From a virus: a stretch of DNA of 64,000 nucleotides. Below the pieces are notes generated by a model, which was not told where the DNA came from, made no database searches, and saw only the letters and a program-made list of their open reading frames with translations. Below, in pieces: positions 17,992 to 28,496 of the stretch. Every line of letters starts with the position of its first letter. Positions within the stretch are counted from its first letter, which is position 1. Location: positions 1 to 64,000 of the IMG/VR virus record IMGVR_UViG_3300032401_001693; one strand, given 5' to 3'. Both the position numbers and the translations under genes were made by a program.

Positions 17992-18981
17992 ATGGAAAAG
18001 GGAATAGTCAGAACGTTGGATGAAGTTTTAGAAAAAGGTAGAGGTCCTGATAAGCAACCCAGGAAGAGAAGTCATAGAAAGCACCTTACTTTGGGTGAAT
18101 TGAAGCACTGGAAAGAAACCAGTAATCCATACCGCACAGAAGAGAAGCATAAGAGACATGTGGAAGAAAGAAGGTTAAAGGACAAGAAGGTTGCTATGGT
18201 AGAGCACTTGGAGAAATCTAACTCTACGCCTAAACTAACCAAAGATGAGGCACGAGAATGGTTGAATCTAAAAATTAGACAGTGGACTAAGAGCGGGATC
18301 CAAAGTTGTCCAAAAAAGGAAGGTCAAGGTCCTACTGTTGATAAGATCTCTAATCGTATTTGGGAGAGGCTGGTAGATGAGTGGGGTTATAATCCGACGA
18401 TTCTTAGTGCTTGTCGGGCTGTAAACTGTGATCAGGAGTATGTAACCTCAATAGTTTCTAGTTTCTTTGATATGGATGGGAAACCTTTTGAGATAAAAGA
18501 CGAACATGACTTAGTAGGTATGGAACCTAAACAGGCTGAGCAGTATGCTGATACGGCTAGACCGTATTATGCTTCTTTGGTTTCTCTTGACGAAGCTGTA
18601 TTGGAGAAAGCAAGAACTAAGGGAGCTAAAGATAAGGAAAAGAGAAAGAGAAAGTATCATCCTGGAAGTATAGCTGGTTATCTCGAAGAGAACCCAGCAG
18701 ATAGAAGAAAGAGAAGTGCTTCTAGAATAGCCAGGGCATCTGAAGCTAAAACCAGGAAACACGAAAATGCTGGATTTGAGAAGCTTTGGGATACTGAGGT
18801 CAAGAAATCGAACTCAACACCCAACGAGGCCGTATTGGAGAAGTCTAAAGGTGGCTTTAGACTTGCAAGAGGAGAAAAGGGAGAAGAAGAAAAGAAGAGT
18901 ACTAAAAAAGAGAGGAAAGCTGAAGGCCGTAGCTATCATGTAGAACGATTAGTAGAAAGAACTAAAGAAAGGAACAATTAG
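17992..18981 (+). CDS. multi-module leader-family protein
   Basis: LDEVLEK|GRGPDK, LEK|SNSTP, LDEAVLEK|ARTKGAKDK, VLEK|SK modules. Confidence 0.7.
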   Translation: MEKGIVRTLDEVLEKGRGPDKQPRKRSHRKHLTLGELKHWKETSNPYRTEEKHKRHVEERRLKDKKVAMVEHLEKSNSTPKLTKDEAREWLNLKIRQWTKSGIQSCPKKEGQGPTVDKISNRIWERLVDEWGYNPTILSACRAVNCDQEYVTSIVSSFFDMDGKPFEIKDEHDLVGMEPKQAEQYADTARPYYASLVSLDEAVLEKARTKGAKDKEKRKRKYHPGSIAGYLEENPADRRKRSASRIARASEAKTRKHENAGFEKLWDTEVKKSNSTPNEAVLEKSKGGFRLARGEKGEEEKKSTKKERKAEGRSYHVERLVERTKERNN

Positions 18982-18989
18982 GAGGTTTT

Positions 18990-19919
18990 ATGCCAAAAGA
19001 AGGTATGCACATCAGTGTGCCTAAACCGAAACCCAAAACTCCTAAACTATATGAGTTTGAGGATGCCTACAGAAGAGGTATTTGTAAGGATGCTATCCTG
19101 GTTGGTATCCAGGCAAAAAATACTCCCATTCATCAAGGCCATATTGAGTTGATAGAGTTTGCTCACACTCTTGGTAGGGTAGTAGTTCAGATAAATATGA
19201 ACTCGCTTGAGTATATTGGTTTTCTAGCCACTGGAGAAAAAAGAACGTCAGTTAAGGAGGATATAGGATTGGAGGTTGCCTCAATCGGAGAGGTTGGGGT
19301 TTCTGATATAGTGCTAAAAAGACACGAGGTTGATTCTATTTCTGAAAGTGAGAGGGAGGATAGGAAAGCCAGAGCAGATAGGGTACTACAGGTTTTGAAA
19401 AATGTCTACATTTCTGATACTAGGATGAATCAGTGTCGCATAAGGTTCATGCAGTATCATGATAGTATGAAGAGAATACCTCGTGGGCAGTTGCCAAAGA
19501 TAGCTGTATTAGGTCCCGAGTTGGAAAACTTTTTTGTAAAGGCGGCACTTAAGCATATAGCTTCACTTGGTCATCCAGTGGTAGACCAGATAGTTATTTT
19601 TCCAAAGGTGGTGAAAGATGAGTATGGGTTAAGGTTTAGAACCAGCTACCCAAAGGTGATAGGTGCGGATGAAATAGATTTGCTTAGAACTCTACCTCCA
19701 AAAGTAGACCAGCTAAGGAAGGATTTTCATATTGGTACTAATCCAGAAGTGGTAATACGTGAAAATGCTCTTCTACCTAAAGATTCAAAGTGGAGATACT
19801 GGGAAATTATTATATATGAAGGGGAATTTTTTGGTAACGGTAGGTTGGAATCTGTGACTTTCGGATTACAAATTGAGAATGGGATACATCTTATAGAGGA
19901 GATTAGTTATGTTAAGTAA
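18990..19919 (+). CDS. pantoate-beta-alanine ligase (PanC)-like HIGH-family adenylating enzyme
   Basis: PIHQGHIELI..A...VVVQI; LGPE; P.VVKDEYGL. Confidence 0.5.
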   Translation: MPKEGMHISVPKPKPKTPKLYEFEDAYRRGICKDAILVGIQAKNTPIHQGHIELIEFAHTLGRVVVQINMNSLEYIGFLATGEKRTSVKEDIGLEVASIGEVGVSDIVLKRHEVDSISESEREDRKARADRVLQVLKNVYISDTRMNQCRIRFMQYHDSMKRIPRGQLPKIAVLGPELENFFVKAALKHIASLGHPVVDQIVIFPKVVKDEYGLRFRTSYPKVIGADEIDLLRTLPPKVDQLRKDFHIGTNPEVVIRENALLPKDSKWRYWEIIIYEGEFFGNGRLESVTFGLQIENGIHLIEEISYVK

Positions 19920-20628
19920 AGAATGGGCGAGGTTAGTACCGGTGGGTGGTATTGTTGTTCATCAGGATGTGCTTTACAAGGATGCCAATGATGTTCATCT
20001 AGAAGAAAGAAACCAGGTTAAGAAACTTTTTTATGAAGATAGAGAATATATGAGTTTGATTGGGGTGGGATTACCACGCTATACCACTATGGGGCTTAAT
20101 AAGCAGTTTGCTGTATATATCTATAACCATGGTGACGACCTGGTTGGGCTTATCGTAGGCTATGAATTGCTAAAAAATCCTGATGGATATGGAAAAGATG
20201 ACTACTTTTATGCAAAATTAGTGCACCCAAAGTATAGACGATCAAAGTATTCTAGGCACATGGAATCGGCTTTTTTCTATATGATATTCTTTTCGGGTGT
20301 TGCAAAAAGATTATATACTTATGCTCCATATACAGGTGATGATACTAATCTTTTAACCATGATGGATTTGAAACGAATGCCTTGTTCTTCTGCTGGTTTG
20401 GGCTGTACTGGGTGGGGGACAAAGTTTTGTGATTTTATGTCGATTCCAAAAAAGGTACAGGTTTATGGAAAGCCTCACGTTATACTGCAACTTGACGGTG
20501 ACATGTATAGGGGACTAGAGGAGAAGGATTTCATAGAAGCGGCGCCAGATAAGGATCCTCAGGTAATTAGAGATTGGTTGAAAGATGTTAACAAAGGATC
20601 AACAGCAATTAGAGAAATTCAGAAATGA
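19909..20628 (+). CDS. GNAT-like protein
   Basis: LVGLIVG...LVHPKYRRSKYS resembles motif A. Confidence 0.45.
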   Translation: MLSKEWARLVPVGGIVVHQDVLYKDANDVHLEERNQVKKLFYEDREYMSLIGVGLPRYTTMGLNKQFAVYIYNHGDDLVGLIVGYELLKNPDGYGKDDYFYAKLVHPKYRRSKYSRHMESAFFYMIFFSGVAKRLYTYAPYTGDDTNLLTMMDLKRMPCSSAGLGCTGWGTKFCDFMSIPKKVQVYGKPHVILQLDGDMYRGLEEKDFIEAAPDKDPQVIRDWLKDVNKGSTAIREIQK

Positions 20629-21665
20629 ACACTTTAACTTTATTTGTCAATATATCTAATGAATGCCAAAAGAAGTGTGATCATTGCTACTCTTCAAATT
20701 CTGGTGGTAAAATGGATAGGAAGGTAGTAGAAGAAGTAGTAGGATGGTCTTCAGGTATTTTTAAAGAGGAGAAGTCTAAAAAGTTGAAGCTAGTTTTATT
20801 GGGAGGAGAACCTTTAACTAATATGGATAACTGCTTATACATGGTTGATCTGTTCGAAAGGTATGTCCCTGAGGCTCTACCTCCTGTTTTTGATGTTAAA
20901 TATACACTGGCAACTAATGGAGATTTGATCACGACAGAAGTTTTAAAAGAACTTAAATCTAGAGGTATAAGAATTGCTCTTAATCCATCATATGATAGCC
21001 TTCAAGATGTAGAAAATAAAATTTTGAAAATTAAAGAAGTATGTAAAGGCTGTGCTTTATTTGTTTGTCTCAATGATGCTAACTTATCAAGGGCTACTGA
21101 GATAGCTAAATTGGCTGTAAAGCATAACTGCTTTATTAGAATAAACCGAATGTACCAAGGGTCAAATAATTCTGAATACATAGAGGAATATGGAAGGAAA
21201 GCATCAGAGATGCTAGATGTGTTACTGGCTTTTCCGAAACCAGCTTGGCCTAACTGGGTTATAGATTCAGTTTTTCCTTTGAGACTTAATGGGAATAAGA
21301 ATTCTTATTCCTGCGGAAAGGGATTGTTTGTAGTGGATTGGGATGGAATGCTGAGGAGTTGCAACCCAGACTATGACTCAACTATTGGAAGCATTAGGAC
21401 TCATTTACATTTGAAAGATTTTATATTTCCTCAAAAATGGAACGCTGAGGATTTGTCAGAATGTAAGGAGTGTAGCTGGTTAAATTTATGCCAAGGAGGA
21501 TGTCCGTACACTAGAAAGATAGCCTATGGAATTTATGGTAGGAAGACCCCATTTTGTGAAGTTCATAAGAAAATATGGCCCAAACTTTTGGAATTGACTG
21601 AGAAGTGGAAAAACTCCCACAGAGAGCTATATGAAAAATTTACATATAATAATGTATGTCAGTAA
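20625..21665 (+). CDS. radical SAM/SPASM enzyme
   Basis: CQKKCDHC, GGEP, TNG; C-terminal CKEC..LNLCQGGCP..C. Confidence 0.9.
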   Translation: MNTLTLFVNISNECQKKCDHCYSSNSGGKMDRKVVEEVVGWSSGIFKEEKSKKLKLVLLGGEPLTNMDNCLYMVDLFERYVPEALPPVFDVKYTLATNGDLITTEVLKELKSRGIRIALNPSYDSLQDVENKILKIKEVCKGCALFVCLNDANLSRATEIAKLAVKHNCFIRINRMYQGSNNSEYIEEYGRKASEMLDVLLAFPKPAWPNWVIDSVFPLRLNGNKNSYSCGKGLFVVDWDGMLRSCNPDYDSTIGSIRTHLHLKDFIFPQKWNAEDLSECKECSWLNLCQGGCPYTRKIAYGIYGRKTPFCEVHKKIWPKLLELTEKWKNSHRELYEKFTYNNVCQ

Positions 21666-22671
21666 CAGATGCAATAGAAGTTGTCCAGAATGCTACTATC
21701 CGCATGGAGATGGTGTAATGACTTCTGAGGTAATGGATAAAGTATCTAACTGGATTATTTCTACTTGCCAAGATGAAAAAGTAAAATGGGTGAAAGTTAA
21801 CTTCCTTGGTGGTGAGCCTATAATGGATAAGGAAATAATTTTTTCTATACTGAATAAGCTAGAAGAGGGACTGCCTTTTCATACGAGGGCACATCCAGAA
21901 TATAAGTATAGTGTATTTACTAATGGGGACTTTATTACTAGCGAATTTCTTCACAAAGCTAAGCAGTTTGATTTAAGAGTATGTATAAATCCAGCTACTG
22001 CTTCTTTGGGTGAAGTGGAGGATAAGATTCAAAAGGTTCTTAGTGTACTTACTCATTGTGGGTTAGCTCCAGTCTTTGATGAGCTGAATATGGGAAGAGC
22101 CAAAGAACTGGCTGAATTAGCGGTTAAGTATGATTGTTCTACTTTAAGAATCAATAGGCTATATGATGGAGCTAATAGAGAAGGATATTTGACTAAGTAC
22201 AAGAAGGCTATGCATGATGTTTTTGATGTTCTTTTATTTGCTCCAAAGCCTATATATCCTAATTCAATAATGGAAACGACTTATCCTGTGTATCCAGGAA
22301 CTATAATCCCACTGACCAAAGGAGACAATCCATACTGCTGTGGTTCGTGGTTGGCAATCATAGATTGGGATGGAACTTTGAGAAGTTGTAACCCTGATTT
22401 ATCAACAGTTGTAGGGCACATAGACACTCATAAGTTTAGTGATCTAAGGTTTCCTCAACGGTGGTCAGCCGAAGGTTTCGAAGAGTGTCAAGTTTGTCAA
22501 TGGGTAGATGTGTGCCAAGCGGGTTGTCCTTACACAAGAAAACTTACTTATGGTACCTATAATAAGAAAACTCCATTTTGTGAGGCATTTAAGGAACTTT
22601 TTCCTAGATTGTTTCAGTTAACTGAAAAGTGGAGGAACTATAAGATCTCCTCTATAAGATGTATCCCATAA
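21631..22671 (+). CDS. radical SAM/SPASM enzyme (paralog)
   Basis: CNRSCPEC, GGEP, TNG; CQVC..VDVCQAGCP..C. Confidence 0.9.
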   Translation: MKNLHIIMYVSNRCNRSCPECYYPHGDGVMTSEVMDKVSNWIISTCQDEKVKWVKVNFLGGEPIMDKEIIFSILNKLEEGLPFHTRAHPEYKYSVFTNGDFITSEFLHKAKQFDLRVCINPATASLGEVEDKIQKVLSVLTHCGLAPVFDELNMGRAKELAELAVKYDCSTLRINRLYDGANREGYLTKYKKAMHDVFDVLLFAPKPIYPNSIMETTYPVYPGTIIPLTKGDNPYCCGSWLAIIDWDGTLRSCNPDLSTVVGHIDTHKFSDLRFPQRWSAEGFEECQVCQWVDVCQAGCPYTRKLTYGTYNKKTPFCEAFKELFPRLFQLTEKWRNYKISSIRCIP

Positions 22672-22698
22672 AAGAGGCTAATCTCAGGAGGTAGAAAG

Positions 22699-24000
22699 AT
22701 GTCGAATGGTTATAGTGGGTTTGTTCCAGATTGGGGAGCATCAGGTAATATTCTAAAAAGTGATGGTACTAAATGGATATCTTCAAGCTCTATAGATATA
22801 AAGTCTTTAGACATGGGAGCAGCTCAGTACACTATTCCGTGGCCGGTAGGGGTGACTCCAGATCCTGCTCTTGGTCATGCCTACTATAAATCAGATACTA
22901 AGCAACTATTAATAGGAGATGGTGTAACTGCTAATCCAGTAAGTGGAGGGTCTTCAGGCTATAGTGGCTATAGTGGCAGGTCAGGCTACTCAGGAGTAGG
23001 AATACTGGGTATCTCAGGTTATTCCGGGTATAGTGGTAGGTCGGGTTTTTCAGGGTTAAATGGAATAGCTACAGCTTCTGGATATTCAGGATATTCAGGA
23101 GTAGGAGGTCTAGGTGTTTCGGGCTATTCTGGCAAAGGTGGATCTAATTTTGTTCATAACCAGGTTGTGAATTCTACTACTTGGATTATAAACCATAATT
23201 TAGGAATGAGGGAGGTTTTAGTTCAGGTATTTAATAGTACTGGTAATCAAATAATTCCTCAATCAGTCGTTTGGGGAACTGCTAATCAGTGTATTATTTC
23301 ATTATCTACTGCCACTATAGGAACGGCAGTAGTTTCTAGTGGTGGTGGGGTATCAGGTTTTTCAGGATATTCGGCGTTAGGAGGATCAGGCACTGGTATA
23401 TCTGGTTATTCTGGTTATTCTGGCCCACAAGGATTTATGGGAGTGCCAGGAGCAGGTGGTCAGTCTGGGTTTAGTGGCTGGTCAGGCAAAGATGGTCAAT
23501 TAGGTATATCTGGATTTTCAGGACCTCAGGGAGGGACTGGTATTCAAGGTTATTCTGGATTTAGCGGGTACTCAGGACCTCAAGGATTTGTAGGATATGG
23601 TATATCTGGTTATAGTGGTAAAGATGGTCAAGCTTCTGCTTCTGGGTATTCTGGGTTTTCCGGTTTAGGAGTTTCTGGGTGGAGTGGATTTAGTGGACTA
23701 ACTGGACCGCAGGGAGTACCAGGAACTACTGGGGTAGGAGTTAGTGGGCTCTCAGGCTATTCAGGAGCGTCTGGAACTGGAGGAGGTACAAGCAGGTATC
23801 TTTCAACTAGGTTTACTAGTTCTTCAGTGGTAACTGTTTCTCATAATTTTGGTGTTATTCCTAATGTGGTTGTGGTAAGAGATAGGACTGATGGGAAATG
23901 GGATGTAATTAATCCAAGGCTTATAGTTCATAGCAACTTTAACCAAGTGACAGTTACTTTACAATGGTCTGTTACTGGTTATGTTATTTGTAACGCATAA
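22699..24000 (+). CDS. (SGY/SGF)n glycine-rich fibre/collagen-like virion protein
   Basis: Gly every third residue; beta domains HNLG/HNFG. Confidence 0.7.
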   Translation: MSNGYSGFVPDWGASGNILKSDGTKWISSSSIDIKSLDMGAAQYTIPWPVGVTPDPALGHAYYKSDTKQLLIGDGVTANPVSGGSSGYSGYSGRSGYSGVGILGISGYSGYSGRSGFSGLNGIATASGYSGYSGVGGLGVSGYSGKGGSNFVHNQVVNSTTWIINHNLGMREVLVQVFNSTGNQIIPQSVVWGTANQCIISLSTATIGTAVVSSGGGVSGFSGYSALGGSGTGISGYSGYSGPQGFMGVPGAGGQSGFSGWSGKDGQLGISGFSGPQGGTGIQGYSGFSGYSGPQGFVGYGISGYSGKDGQASASGYSGFSGLGVSGWSGFSGLTGPQGVPGTTGVGVSGLSGYSGASGTGGGTSRYLSTRFTSSSVVTVSHNFGVIPNVVVVRDRTDGKWDVINPRLIVHSNFNQVTVTLQWSVTGYVICNA

Positions 24001-24237
24001 GGAGTGTATGAATAGTTTTCCGAATGGTCTTAGACAGATAGAAGGTATGCACCTAGATCTATTGGGAATAGAAATAGGTTTGTTTGAAGGTTATATAGGG
24101 AACTACGTGGTGATAATGCGGGATGGTGATAAGGTAAAGGGTATTTCCTGTTTATCTTTGGAGCACGCAATGGAGATTTACTCAGGTTGTGTAGAAAGAG
24201 TTAGGATTAGATATTTATTAAACTAAGGAGGCTTAAT

Positions 24238-24348
24238 ATGAAACAGGTTTATGTAGTAACGTTGGATGAAGAGTTTGAGAAAGCTAGGAAACCAGGAGCT
24301 AAAGATAGGAAACCCAGGTACTGGTCAGCCAGGAACTTATATTCCTAA
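24238..24348 (+). CDS. leader-family mini-protein (36 aa)
   Basis: MKQVYVVTLDEEFEK|ARKPGAKDRKPR; SD AAGGAGG. Confidence 0.6.
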   Translation: MKQVYVVTLDEEFEKARKPGAKDRKPRYWSARNLYS

Positions 24349-24752
24349 GGCTCTTAGAAGAGCTTATGAAAAACGCATTAAGCAGGGTAACTTAGATTAG
24401 TTTGATTGTGGAGGTTGACATGCCCGCATTATTTTTGTAAAAGGATAAAAAATATGTCAGCTCTTTTTATTGTAAAAGTTAAACTTATAGAAAGCAAGCT
24501 CACTAAGGAATCTAAACCAGCCATCTCGTTTATGAAACCTGAAATGCCTTATGGTGTGTTAGATGTCTATACTTGGCACAAAACGGATAAGGAAACTGGA
24601 GTAGTAACAGTTTATTCTAGATTTCTTATAGGAGATCACGAGTCAGGGGAGATTCATCAGGTAGATCCAAGAGGGGTTCTGTTTGTAGGAGTAGCGTAGG
24701 AGAGGAATATGTATGATGCATATGGAAAGAGTAAGAAACCTAAGGAGTAGTT

Positions 24753-27700
24753 ATGGCGATATTTGATTTTCTATTTAAGGGCAAGATTGACCAGGAAGTG
24801 GTCAAAAGAGTCACTGAAGTTGAGCAGCGGATGGTTGAGGTCTCTGACCAGAAGGTTCAGGAGAAGGCTAGAGAGCTTACAGCCCAATGGCAAGAGCAGC
24901 TTAGAAAAGCCCAAGAAACTGCAGAGGCTAAGTCTTTGCTTCGAGATCCATTTCAGCTTTTGGAGACACTGAAATATAAAGAGCGCCCTATGATGTTGAC
25001 CTATGAGGTTTTGAGATCAATGTCAGAAAGGAATCCTATTATAGCGGCAATTATAAATACTAGGGTTAATCAGGTCTCAGCTTTTTCTTCACCTCCTAAA
25101 TCTCCCTATGATGTAGGTTTTCAGATTGTTTTGAAAAATAGGAAAGAGAAGCCAGATAAAAACGATGAAACTCGGATGGAAGAAATCCAGAATATGGTTT
25201 CCAATACTGGAGTTTCTTCACTTTTACAAGAAGAGCGGGATAACTTCGATACCTATCTAAGGAAAGTAACGAGGGACAGTCTTACCTATGACCAAATGGC
25301 CTATGAAATTATAAACGGAAGAGGAAACTATCCTGTGGCGTTTTTGGCGATAGACGCATCTTCCATTAGGTTGGCTACTACGGCCAGGTATTTCAAAGAT
25401 ATAATGGGTTTGAGAGGTTTTGCTGCACCACCTAAGATAGAGACTGATATGGGATCTATCCAAAAGGAATCTCTTAGACCAGAAGATATAAGGTATGTTC
25501 AGATTATAGATAGTAGAGTAATGACTACCTACACTGAGCAGGAGTTAGGGTTTGGTATTCGTAATCCAAGAACGGCTCTTAGGCAGAATGGTTATGGAGT
25601 GTCTGAGTTAGAGATACTGGTTAATACTGTTACGGCTCATCTTTGGGCAGAAGAATATAATCGCCGAGCCTTTTGTCTGAGTCTTAGAAATTATTGTAGA
25701 ACTAAGGCAGGAGTCTTTCAACTCAAGGATCTAATAGGTAAAACGTTTGAAGTTTGGAATGGTAGAGATTGGGCAAAAGCTAGGGCTTTTGCAACAGGAA
25801 TTAGACCTTTAGTACGTACTAAGTTGTGGAATGGTTTAGAACTAGAAACAAGCCCAGAGCATAAGTTTTATGTGATCCCTAAGGACACAGTTACAGGAGA
25901 ACCTGAGTGGAAAGAACAAAAGGATCTACAGCCGGGTGATTACGCTTTACTCAGTTGTCAAGATTGTGATTTTCCTATGAACTATGATTTACTGAAGGTT
26001 GGAAAACTGTATGGAGAACCTAAGAAGGTTTCTGTTTGGGTTGAACCTCATACTAAAGAGCAGAAAGACCAGGCGGTGAAACATAATGGTCATTTTCAAA
26101 CTATAGGAAATCAGTATTCTAAAACCTTATCTAGGATAGAAGTTCGCCCGTACACCCAGATTTTAAAGTCAAAAACTATAGAAGTTTCCGGCTACGAAAT
26201 GAATTTTACTCCTTATGATAGAGGAAAACAATGGATCCCTACCAAAGAAGTAGTTGAAGATCCTGAGTTTTGGAAAATGATTGGATTTGCTTTGGGGGAT
26301 GGATACTGGGGTAAGAGTTCATTACCAATAGCTCCTAACCCATACCGAGAGTATGACATAACAGAGAGATTTTCCAGTGTGTGTCAGAAATATAATATAC
26401 AGCACACAAAAAGTAGTGAGGGAATTTGTATTAGACACAAAGGTGTTCTAGAGTGGTTGTACGATCTGGGATTCGTTTCAACAGAGGATTCTAAAAAGGA
26501 TGATAGATGTATACCGCCGGTTTTCTTTCGATTGCCTTCTTGGATAAGATGCGCACTGCTTAGTGGTTTATTTAGTGCGGATGGAACCAATGAGGGGTAT
26601 AGATGGGCAGGAACACCAAGTTTTGGTGTTAAAGGAGTTAGATTTAGATTAAGTGTTCTCAAGTGTCTGTGGTCAGTAGGTGTGGCTTCCAACCAAAGAG
26701 GTAGCGGTTGGAGAATTGAACATGGTGGTATTTTAGTTCAAGATGTGGCAGCTTTTGCTAGGAAGATTGGATTTCTACAAACTGATCCTAAATCTATAAA
26801 ATCTAGAGATAATTTGGTTAGATCTGAAAGTTCTAAAAGTAGATGGGATAGACTTCATCCTACTTTATCTAAAATTTTAGCAAATAAAATCTATGATGAA
26901 CATAGGAAATATTCTACAAATGGAAGTAACCAGTACGAAAAGAAAGGTATTGGCAATAGCCCACTTTCCAAGAGAGATGGGTGGTTGATTGTAGGGGCTT
27001 CTTGTGGTGGTCATAAGCTTAGTCGTCCCAGAGCGATAGGTATGTTAGAGAGTTTAGGATTGGAAGTTCCAGAATGGCTTAGAACTTTTATGCAAACTCC
27101 TGTAGACGTTTTGGATAAAGAACCTATTGGGTATGAGCCAATGGGGGATATAGAAGTTTTTGATGACAAGCATCTATTTTTAGCTAATTTTGTTGCTGTC
27201 CATAATTCGCAAGGTTCTGCTCCTAAGGGTATAATTCAACTTGAGGGTAATGTACCGCAGGATCAATTAAATGAGTTTAGGCGACAATGGCATGCTCAGA
27301 TTATGGGAGTTTTTAATGCTTGGAGAACTCCTATTATCAATACTCCATCTGGTAAGTTAAACTATGTTGATCTTTCTAGGAGCAACAAACAGATGGAATA
27401 TTCTAATTGGATAGACTATTTGATTAAGATAGCTTGTGCAGTTTATCTGATAGACCCCTCTGAGATAGGTTTTGATATGAGAGGTGGAGCCCAGACAGCT
27501 CAGCCTCCGGTGTTTGAGTCCCACGGTGAATCCAAGCAGAAGATGTCTAGAGACAAAGGTCTTAGGCCGTTACTTAGGTTTCTACAGACTGAGGTTAATA
27601 AAGACATAGTATATAGAGTATATGATGGGAGGTATGAGTTTGAGTTTGTGGGTTTGGACGCCAAAACGGAGGAGCAGCTTCAAGAGATGCGTCTAAAAGA

Positions 27701-27953
27701 GGTTCAGAACTTTAAGACTATAGATGAGATTAGGGCTGAGTATGATCTTAAACCATTAGGTCATGATATGGGCGGTGATGTAATAATGAATTCTGCTTAT
27801 TTGAGCTATTTGAATCAGCTGGCAATGCAAAAAATGCAGGAAGGACAGGGTGGAGGTCCTGGAGGTGGTGAAGATTTTGGTCAAGAGGAAGGTGCAGAAG
27901 GCGAGGAGCAACCAGACTTTGGAGAAGAGATGACACAAGGTGAAGAAAAATAG
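24753..27953 (+). CDS. portal protein with intein
   Basis: AIINTRVNQV, DSLTYDQ, YGVSELE, F|S.GSAPKGII, KGLRPLL, TIDEIR. Confidence 0.92.
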   Translation: MAIFDFLFKGKIDQEVVKRVTEVEQRMVEVSDQKVQEKARELTAQWQEQLRKAQETAEAKSLLRDPFQLLETLKYKERPMMLTYEVLRSMSERNPIIAAIINTRVNQVSAFSSPPKSPYDVGFQIVLKNRKEKPDKNDETRMEEIQNMVSNTGVSSLLQEERDNFDTYLRKVTRDSLTYDQMAYEIINGRGNYPVAFLAIDASSIRLATTARYFKDIMGLRGFAAPPKIETDMGSIQKESLRPEDIRYVQIIDSRVMTTYTEQELGFGIRNPRTALRQNGYGVSELEILVNTVTAHLWAEEYNRRAFCLSLRNYCRTKAGVFQLKDLIGKTFEVWNGRDWAKARAFATGIRPLVRTKLWNGLELETSPEHKFYVIPKDTVTGEPEWKEQKDLQPGDYALLSCQDCDFPMNYDLLKVGKLYGEPKKVSVWVEPHTKEQKDQAVKHNGHFQTIGNQYSKTLSRIEVRPYTQILKSKTIEVSGYEMNFTPYDRGKQWIPTKEVVEDPEFWKMIGFALGDGYWGKSSLPIAPNPYREYDITERFSSVCQKYNIQHTKSSEGICIRHKGVLEWLYDLGFVSTEDSKKDDRCIPPVFFRLPSWIRCALLSGLFSADGTNEGYRWAGTPSFGVKGVRFRLSVLKCLWSVGVASNQRGSGWRIEHGGILVQDVAAFARKIGFLQTDPKSIKSRDNLVRSESSKSRWDRLHPTLSKILANKIYDEHRKYSTNGSNQYEKKGIGNSPLSKRDGWLIVGASCGGHKLSRPRAIGMLESLGLEVPEWLRTFMQTPVDVLDKEPIGYEPMGDIEVFDDKHLFLANFVAVHNSQGSAPKGIIQLEGNVPQDQLNEFRRQWHAQIMGVFNAWRTPIINTPSGKLNYVDLSRSNKQMEYSNWIDYLIKIACAVYLIDPSEIGFDMRGGAQTAQPPVFESHGESKQKMSRDKGLRPLLRFLQTEVNKDIVYRVYDGRYEFEFVGLDAKTEEQLQEMRLKEVQNFKTIDEIRAEYDLKPLGHDMGGDVIMNSAYLSYLNQLAMQKMQEGQGGGPGGGEDFGQEEGAEGEEQPDFGEEMTQGEEK
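25674..27206 (+). mobile_element. intein with LAGLIDADG endonuclease (511 aa)
   Basis: Starts CLSL, ends AVHN|S; IGFALGDG and LSGLFSADG motifs. Confidence 0.9.
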
Positions 27954-27964
27954 AGGGAAGTGAA

Positions 27965-28456
27965 ATGAAACCTGAATATATTGGAATACTACTGTTTTTA
28001 GTTGCCGTATTAGGATTTTTGTTTACCTATTTTGGTCCTATTATGGCATTGAAGGAGAAAGTTGGAAAGATTACTGGATATAATTTTCAGGGTCTAGTTG
28101 ATAGGGTAGGAGCGTTAGAGACTAAAATAGGTACGGTTAATCTTATAGATGTATCGAATAGAATAGTAGCTGTAGAAACCAAAATGAGTATTTTTTGGGA
28201 TGCAGTAGGGGATGTTGTAAAAGATATAATAAAACAACCAATACATTATAGAAAGGATGAACTTGTGGAAAAATTTCCTAATCTTACAATAGAAGAGACC
28301 CGTGAACTTAGAGATATTCTTATTAAGGAAAGAAATGAGCTAAAGATGTCCAATGCCGCTAAAAATCCAAGTACGAGGGCATATGTTTTAGCTATAGGGT
28401 TGCAGCTGGCGCGGGTTCAGACGGAGTTGATGGATAAAGAGAGTAAGGTGCTGTAG
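27965..28456 (+). CDS. membrane-anchored hypothetical protein
   Basis: N-terminal TM. Confidence 0.55.
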   Translation: MKPEYIGILLFLVAVLGFLFTYFGPIMALKEKVGKITGYNFQGLVDRVGALETKIGTVNLIDVSNRIVAVETKMSIFWDAVGDVVKDIIKQPIHYRKDELVEKFPNLTIEETRELRDILIKERNELKMSNAAKNPSTRAYVLAIGLQLARVQTELMDKESKVL

Positions 28457-28496
28457 GACAAACTTGGAGTCTTTTTTCTCTCTGATAGGGGGTTAA

